Below are positions 57,914 to 64,000 of a DNA stretch of 64,000 nt, one piece after another. The DNA is taken from NCBI GenBank assembly GCA_951406725.2, contig OX597831.1, positions 80,538,001-80,602,000 of the forward strand, in the 5' to 3' direction. A program made the translations under genes and the position numbers. The stretch is from Octopus vulgaris. Its lineage: Eukaryota. Numbering within the stretch: the first letter of the stretch is position 1; every line of letters starts with the position of its first letter. The notes under the pieces are model-generated. The model had not been told where the DNA came from. It saw nothing but the letters and a program-made list of their open reading frames with translations, and did no database searches.

Positions 57914-58331
57914 CTTTACTTGTTTCAGTCATTTGACTGCGGCCATGCTGGAGAACCGCCTTTAGTCGAGCAAATCGACCGCAGGACTTATTCTTTGTAA
58001 GCCTAGTACTTATTCTATCGGTCTCTTTTGCCGAACCGCTAAGTTACGGGGACGTAAACACACCAGCATCGGTTGTCAAGCAATGCTAGGGGGGGACAAA
58101 CACAGGCACACAAACACATGCACACACACACACACAAACACACATACACACACATATATATATATATACATATATACGACAGGCTTCTTTCAGTTTCCGT
58201 CTACCAAATCCACTCACAAGGCTTTGGTCGGCCGCAGGCTATAGTAGAAGACACTTGCCCAAGGTGTCACGCAGTGGAACTGAACCCAGAACCATGTGGT
58301 TGGTAAGCAAGCTACTTACTACACACCCACT
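57914..58331 (-). mobile_element. SINE family A
   Basis: Reverse-complement match to other copies. Confidence 0.88.
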
Positions 58332-59210
58332 CAACGAATTCATCTGCCATTCATCCTCGTAAATTTGTGAGTTTTTCTGGATTCACAGCTTAAAGAAATT
58401 ATTTATATCGATATTGGTTGATTTACTTCGCAGATAATCTTATTGCGCTTGGATGGCCATTACATAATGGTGTCTAGTTCTGAGAGGTTCTTTGGTATAC
58501 ACACACACTCACACACACCCACTGACACGGACATGGACACACACACACACGGTTACACACATACATACACACACACACACGGACATACAAGCTTCACATA
58601 CACATACACGTACACAGACATGCACAAACTTACACTCATACACACACACAAGCTTACACACTCAAGTTTACACACACAAACGGACACACATACATACACG
58701 CACACATGCATACACACAGACACACACACATACAAACGCACACATACATACACAGACTTTCACATAAACTTAACATGCACACAACACTCAAACACATACG
58801 CACACACACATATACACACGCGCGGACACACACAAACTTAACATGCACACAACATTCACACACACACACACACACCTACGTACGTACGTATATGTACATA
58901 AAGACACATAAACGTATCCACGCCCGCGTAACAAACTTATTAAATTCACTAAAAATATTAAAACTCATACAAAATTTCAATCTTCAAACAACATTTTCCC
59001 GGCCGTCACCTCCAATAAAATAATAATGTTGGTGTTGCAACGGTCCTGACATAATCCTGTCACACTCAACAAACAATTGCATCGTGCACAAGGTACAAAA
59101 CAGATGCCAAGATTACAGCAAACTGTGTCAAGCAGGAAAAAAAAGAAAAGAAACTGGTGTGTCAACGACCTTTCAGTAGCACAGATCTTGTGTTTATTTT
59201 TACAAAGATA

Positions 59211-59247
<37 letters not shown>

Positions 59248-59416
59248 CGCAGGAGTGGCTGTGTGGTAAGTAGCTTACTTAGCAACCGCATGGTTCTGGG
59301 TTCAGTCCCATTGCGTGGCACCTCGGGCAAGTGTCTTCTACTATAGCCTCGGGCCGACCAAAGCCTTGTGAGTGGATTTGGTAGACGGAAACTGAAAGAA
59401 GACCGTCGTATATATG

Positions 59417-59450
<34 letters not shown>

Positions 59451-59462
59451 AGTGTTGTGTGT

Positions 59463-59495
<33 letters not shown>

Positions 59496-59703
59496 CATGT
59501 GTTTGTGTGTCTGTGTTTGTCCCTCCAACATCGCTTGACAACCGATGCTGGTGTGTTTAAGTCCCCGTAACCTAGCGGTTCTGCAAAAGAGACTGATAGA
59601 ATAAGTGCTGGGCTTACAAAGAGTAAGTCCTGTGGTCGATTTGCTCGACTAAAGGCGGTGCTCCAGCATGGCCGCAGTCAAATGACTGAAACAAGTAAAA
59701 GAG
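59248..59703 (+). mobile_element. SINE family A
   Basis: Full-length copy. Confidence 0.88.
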
Positions 59704-60463
59704 TATATGTGTGTGTGCGTATGTCTGCCACTCCTTGAACATGTTTATGTTTTGTCGTAGAAGTATTTCTCAGCAATAACCACACAAAATAAATTTCAGG
59801 TTATTTCCCACCCACCTTTTTTTTCTTCTGAGGACCATTCCTATTCGTCAATCGGTGAGGAGACACTACGTTGTGTAGGTTTCTGAAAGGTGTTACAGCT
59901 GTTAAAACCCACATTCTTCTTCGTAACAATTTGTCTCACACCTGTATTCTTCCAAACCCTTTATTGTAGCTGCTAAGGTTTCTGTTGTTGTTGGCGGTTC
60001 ACTGCTAAAAATTATACCTTATTCAAACATTTTGTTATTTTTGGTCACAGTTTGTTATTTTATGTACGAAATTTACAAAGTATCTTAACGAATACTTTTC
60101 TCTGTCACGTAATCATTTGACTGACCGCCATTTTATATTTTAAATGAGAAATCTTCATGTCACAGTGAAATAAGCTGATTTTTCGAATAGATTGTTTCTT
60201 TTTATCTCGCGAATATCGTTGCTTTCGTAAGAGGCTTCTGGTAAATAAAAGATGGTGAATAAAAGGTGATATAACAGAGATATGGAGTGGCTGGTCATTG
60301 GAAAGACGGGGAAGTTTAATGAATTGAAAGAGCGGGAAAAGAAGAGCGAAATAGTGAAAGTGTAAGAGAAGAGGAAAATAAAAACCACAGAGAAAAATGT
60401 TTTCAGGACTTTACTGCACGTGTATATGTGTATATCTACTATGATATCTATCTATCTATCTAC

Positions 60464-60523
<60 letters not shown>

Positions 60524-60653
60524 ATATATATATATCTATCTATCTATCTATCTATCTGTCTGTCTCTGTGTGTGTATATATATATACACACATATAAACA
60601 TATACGTATACACATATACATATATATATGTATACACATATAAACATATACGT

Positions 60654-60707
<54 letters not shown>

Positions 60708-60895
60708 CTGTATCGGCCTCTCTCTATATGTGTGTATGTGTGTGTGTATGTAAGTATCTATCTATCTACATATATATGTGTGTTTATATGTGTGCATGTA
60801 CGTTTGTATGCATATATATTGTGTGTATGTATGTGTGTATATATATATATATGCAAAAAAGATACAAACTGATATAGATATATAAACACTACACG

Positions 60896-60926
<31 letters not shown>

Positions 60927-61402
60927 GCGCACACACACACACACACATACACACACACACACACACACACGCACACACACACACACACACAAACAGCTAC
61001 AAAATGCCATAACAATGCTTAAGCATTTCGTGCGCTGACAGTCACTGCAATCTGAATATCTTCTTACAATCGATCAAAGACGACATTTCTGAATATATTA
61101 ACATATTTGTTTCCAAATCTCTTTCTGTTTTTTCTATCCAACTATGAGTTTTTATATCGTAGATCTAGCAACCACACACGCGTTGGGGTAGCTATTGTTG
61201 CACAAGCAAATGCGCATATATACATACGTACACACATATACATACACATATATATATATACATGCATACATATGTGTGTGTGTGTGTGTGTGTGTACGTA
61301 AGTCGTCTGAGAGATCGTAAGCCAAAGAAAAGATGCACCCGTATATCTGTCAATAGAGTGGGTATATTACCCGAAATGTACAGTATTATATATCAATCAC
61401 AT

Positions 61403-61485
61403 GCTCTTACCAGTTTCACGCAATAAATACAATGGAGTGTTAAGTAACAATCCGATTGTATAACCTTACGCTCATCAGAGTTAGC
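61403..61485 (-). ncRNA. Type I hammerhead motif with long loop II (left arm of a fold-back)
   Basis: gctaact-CTGATGA-GCGTAA..~40 nt..TTGCGT-GAAA-CTGG-TA-agagc. Confidence 0.65.
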
Positions 61486-61624
61486 CGATATGGAAGGGAA
61501 TATGGCCACTACTCTGTATTATCGGGGTGGATTAACACATCCTGTTTTTCACAGCAGCCTCAAACCAGACGAGTTAATCCACCTCCGATAATAGAGAGCA
61601 GTCGCTATATTTATTTCCATATCG

Positions 61625-61709
61625 GCTAACTCTGATGAGCGTAAGGTTATATAATCGGATTGTTACCTAACACTCCGTTGTATTCCTAGCGTGAAACTGA
61701 TTGGTAAGA
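61625..61709 (+). ncRNA. Type I hammerhead motif with long loop II (right arm of a fold-back)
   Basis: gctaact-CTGATGA-GCG...CGT-GAAA-CTGATTGG-TA-aga. Confidence 0.6.
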
Positions 61710-61933
61710 TCAGCCGTAATGGATATTTAATACTGTACATTTCAGATAATATATATACGACGGGATTCTTTCAGTTTCCGTCTACCAAATCCATTCATAA
61801 GGCTTTGGTTGGCCCTAGGCTATACTGTAGAAGACACCTGCCCAAGGTGCCACGCATTGCGACTGAACCTGAAACCATGTGGTTGGGACGCAGGCTTCTT
61901 ACTACACAGGAACGCAGGAGCATATATATATAC

Positions 61934-62009
<76 letters not shown>

Positions 62010-62419
62010 AAATAATTTGTGAAAAGAAATTTCCAAATCAATCAGGTGTAACCCTACAGCGTAATATGCATCTACATATCGTACTTTGGGGTCTTATTTA
62101 TCATATATTTATACAGTTATCTATAAATATACAACACGCCTTATGTCTCCAAGCAGTCTCGGGCTCTGAGCACATGATATATTCTATTTCAAATTCAGGA
62201 AGCTGATACATGAAAAATCATGCGAAAAAACAAGAAGGTAGATGCGAACAATGGAATGGTAAATGAAAACGAAAAAAGAGTGTAAAAGAAATAAAGTTAG
62301 AGTTACGTCCCCTTTGATCGCAAAAGCGATAATTAAACTAGTTGTTGAAAAATAATTCAATGGAAAGAGGTCCAAAGACTGCGAGACAGCTGCTCATTTC
62401 GGAGAGGGTGGTGTCCTCC

Positions 62420-62720
62420 ACTTCGTCAAAAGAAATTTGTTCATATGCTTGGATTTGCTGACAATTTCAGATCTGGAATTAAGTAGTACGATGGAATTCT
62501 TAGACCTAAAAACAATGTGTGTTCCTTCAGCTACACAAGTTGTATTTCAAAGATCCATTTACTTATGATTTACTTATGGATTTCTTTGCGATCGTCCACT
62601 TGACTGTATAAGGTGCGCAGCTGGTCTTCAAACCTTATGCAGTTGTAAAAATCTGCCTAGACACATGTTTCCATAGAAAAGAGCTATCAGTTGCTCAAAC
62701 CTTTATGCCGTGTATGTTAA
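62420..62720 (-). pseudogene. Degenerate endonuclease C-terminus of a third PLE type (Naiad-like)
   Basis: YTVKWTIAKKS...LLNSRSEIVSKSKHMNKFLL resembles the LLNxRSExxSKCRHxNK terminus. Confidence 0.55.
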
Positions 62721-63687
62721 ATGATATATATACTACGGCACTTCCTCGTTTACGAAGACGAGGGTTCCAGTCGATCTAATCAGTGGAACAGCCTGCTAGT
62801 GAAATTAACGCGCAAGTGGCTGAGCACTCCACAGACACGTGTACCTTTAACGTAGTTTTCGGGGAAATCGAAACCACGATTCTATGACTGCGAGTCCGCT
62901 GCCCTAACCACTGGGCCATTACACCTCCACACACACACACATACGTAAACACAGGCACATAATTGTATACGCATGCATTTTAATAGAGTGGAAATCGCTT
63001 TTATTGTGTTCAGCCGGTAACACAGCTTTCGTGATAATAATAACCAATTGAAAGCATTAAGCAGGTGAGAAAGCAATATCATGAACGTGTCTAGTAATCA
63101 GGAAGTTTGATAACAATAACAGTTTGATAACATTATATATTATCAAAATAGACAGCTTTTACTGTGGGAGTCTTTGGTGGGAAATAGGGTTGGCCGAGTC
63201 AGATCTCGTGAACGGTAAATTAAACAACTATTTGTTGGTATTGTATATTTGTGTATGTGTGTGTGTTTGAGTATGAGTGCGCATGTGTGAGTGAGAGAGC
63301 ATGGGGTAAGTGTGGGGGTGAGAGAGCGTGTGTACATGTGTGTGTGTTTGTGTGTGTGAGAATGTTTGCGTAAGCATGAGTATGTGGGTGTTTGTGTGTG
63401 AGCGTGTGTATGAGTGTTTGTGAGTATGTGTATGTGTGAAAGGGTGTGCGGACTGAGTGTGTGAGAGTCTGTGTGTGTGTGTGCTTGAGCTCTCGTGTGT
63501 GTGAGCGCGTATGAAGGTGTATATGTGTCAGTGTTTGTGCGTGTGTGAGTGTGTGAACGTTTATGTGCGTTCGGGTGTGTGTGTGAGAGAGAGTTATGTA
63601 TGTATATGTAAGCATGTATGTGTGCGCGTGTATATGTGTGAATGCGCGGCAGTGTTCTGCGTGTGTATGTCAGCACGTGTGTGCGTG

Positions 63688-63725
<38 letters not shown>

Positions 63726-64000
63726 CGCGCCAGTTATGTTTGAGCCTCAAATAGAATGCCTTGAGATATTCGTTCCGGTTCCCGACGCTCCGATTTCAAA
63801 TTCCACCGAGGTCACAAGTCATATCGCCTATTATCGATTCTGAATCGATAAAGAAAATGCTACCCGAATATCATCAGCGTTATTATACGACTACTCGATC
63901 AACGCTGACCCAGGGCCATACGACAACACCGATAATAAACGCGTGTGTGTATGTGTGTGTGTATATGTGTGTGCGTGTGTGTGTATGTGTATGTGTGTAT

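Larger units (their letters stand above)
61363..61753. repeat. Fold-back inverted repeat, ~175 bp arms, 36-nt spacer
   Basis: 61363..61536 vs 61573..61753. Confidence 0.92.

Overview
Repeat-saturated animal genomic DNA (intergenic or intronic). The SINE families and extreme microsatellite density suggest an octopus or other cephalopod (inference). No host protein-coding gene is securely identifiable; nearly all long ORFs in the track are microsatellite artefacts. Real coding content is transposon-derived: a young, near-intact Penelope-like element (PLE; RT + GIY-YIG) whose 3' 1.8 kb is duplicated in inverted orientation, a second internally deleted PLE, a CR1-type RT pseudogene, Dong/R4-type LINE 3' ends in (TAA)n, a deleted Helitron, an internally inverted mariner, and many tRNA-derived SINEs. 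The most striking unexplained structure is a recurring head-to-head fold-back architecture of PLE 3' ends. Several carry minimal type I hammerhead ribozyme motifs pointing outward, often into microsatellites, and two diverged PLE families share a UUGAAAA core variant. A 1.9 kb satellite built from overlapping kB-like and STAT-like motifs is also present. All coordinates were read by eye and may be off by a few bases.
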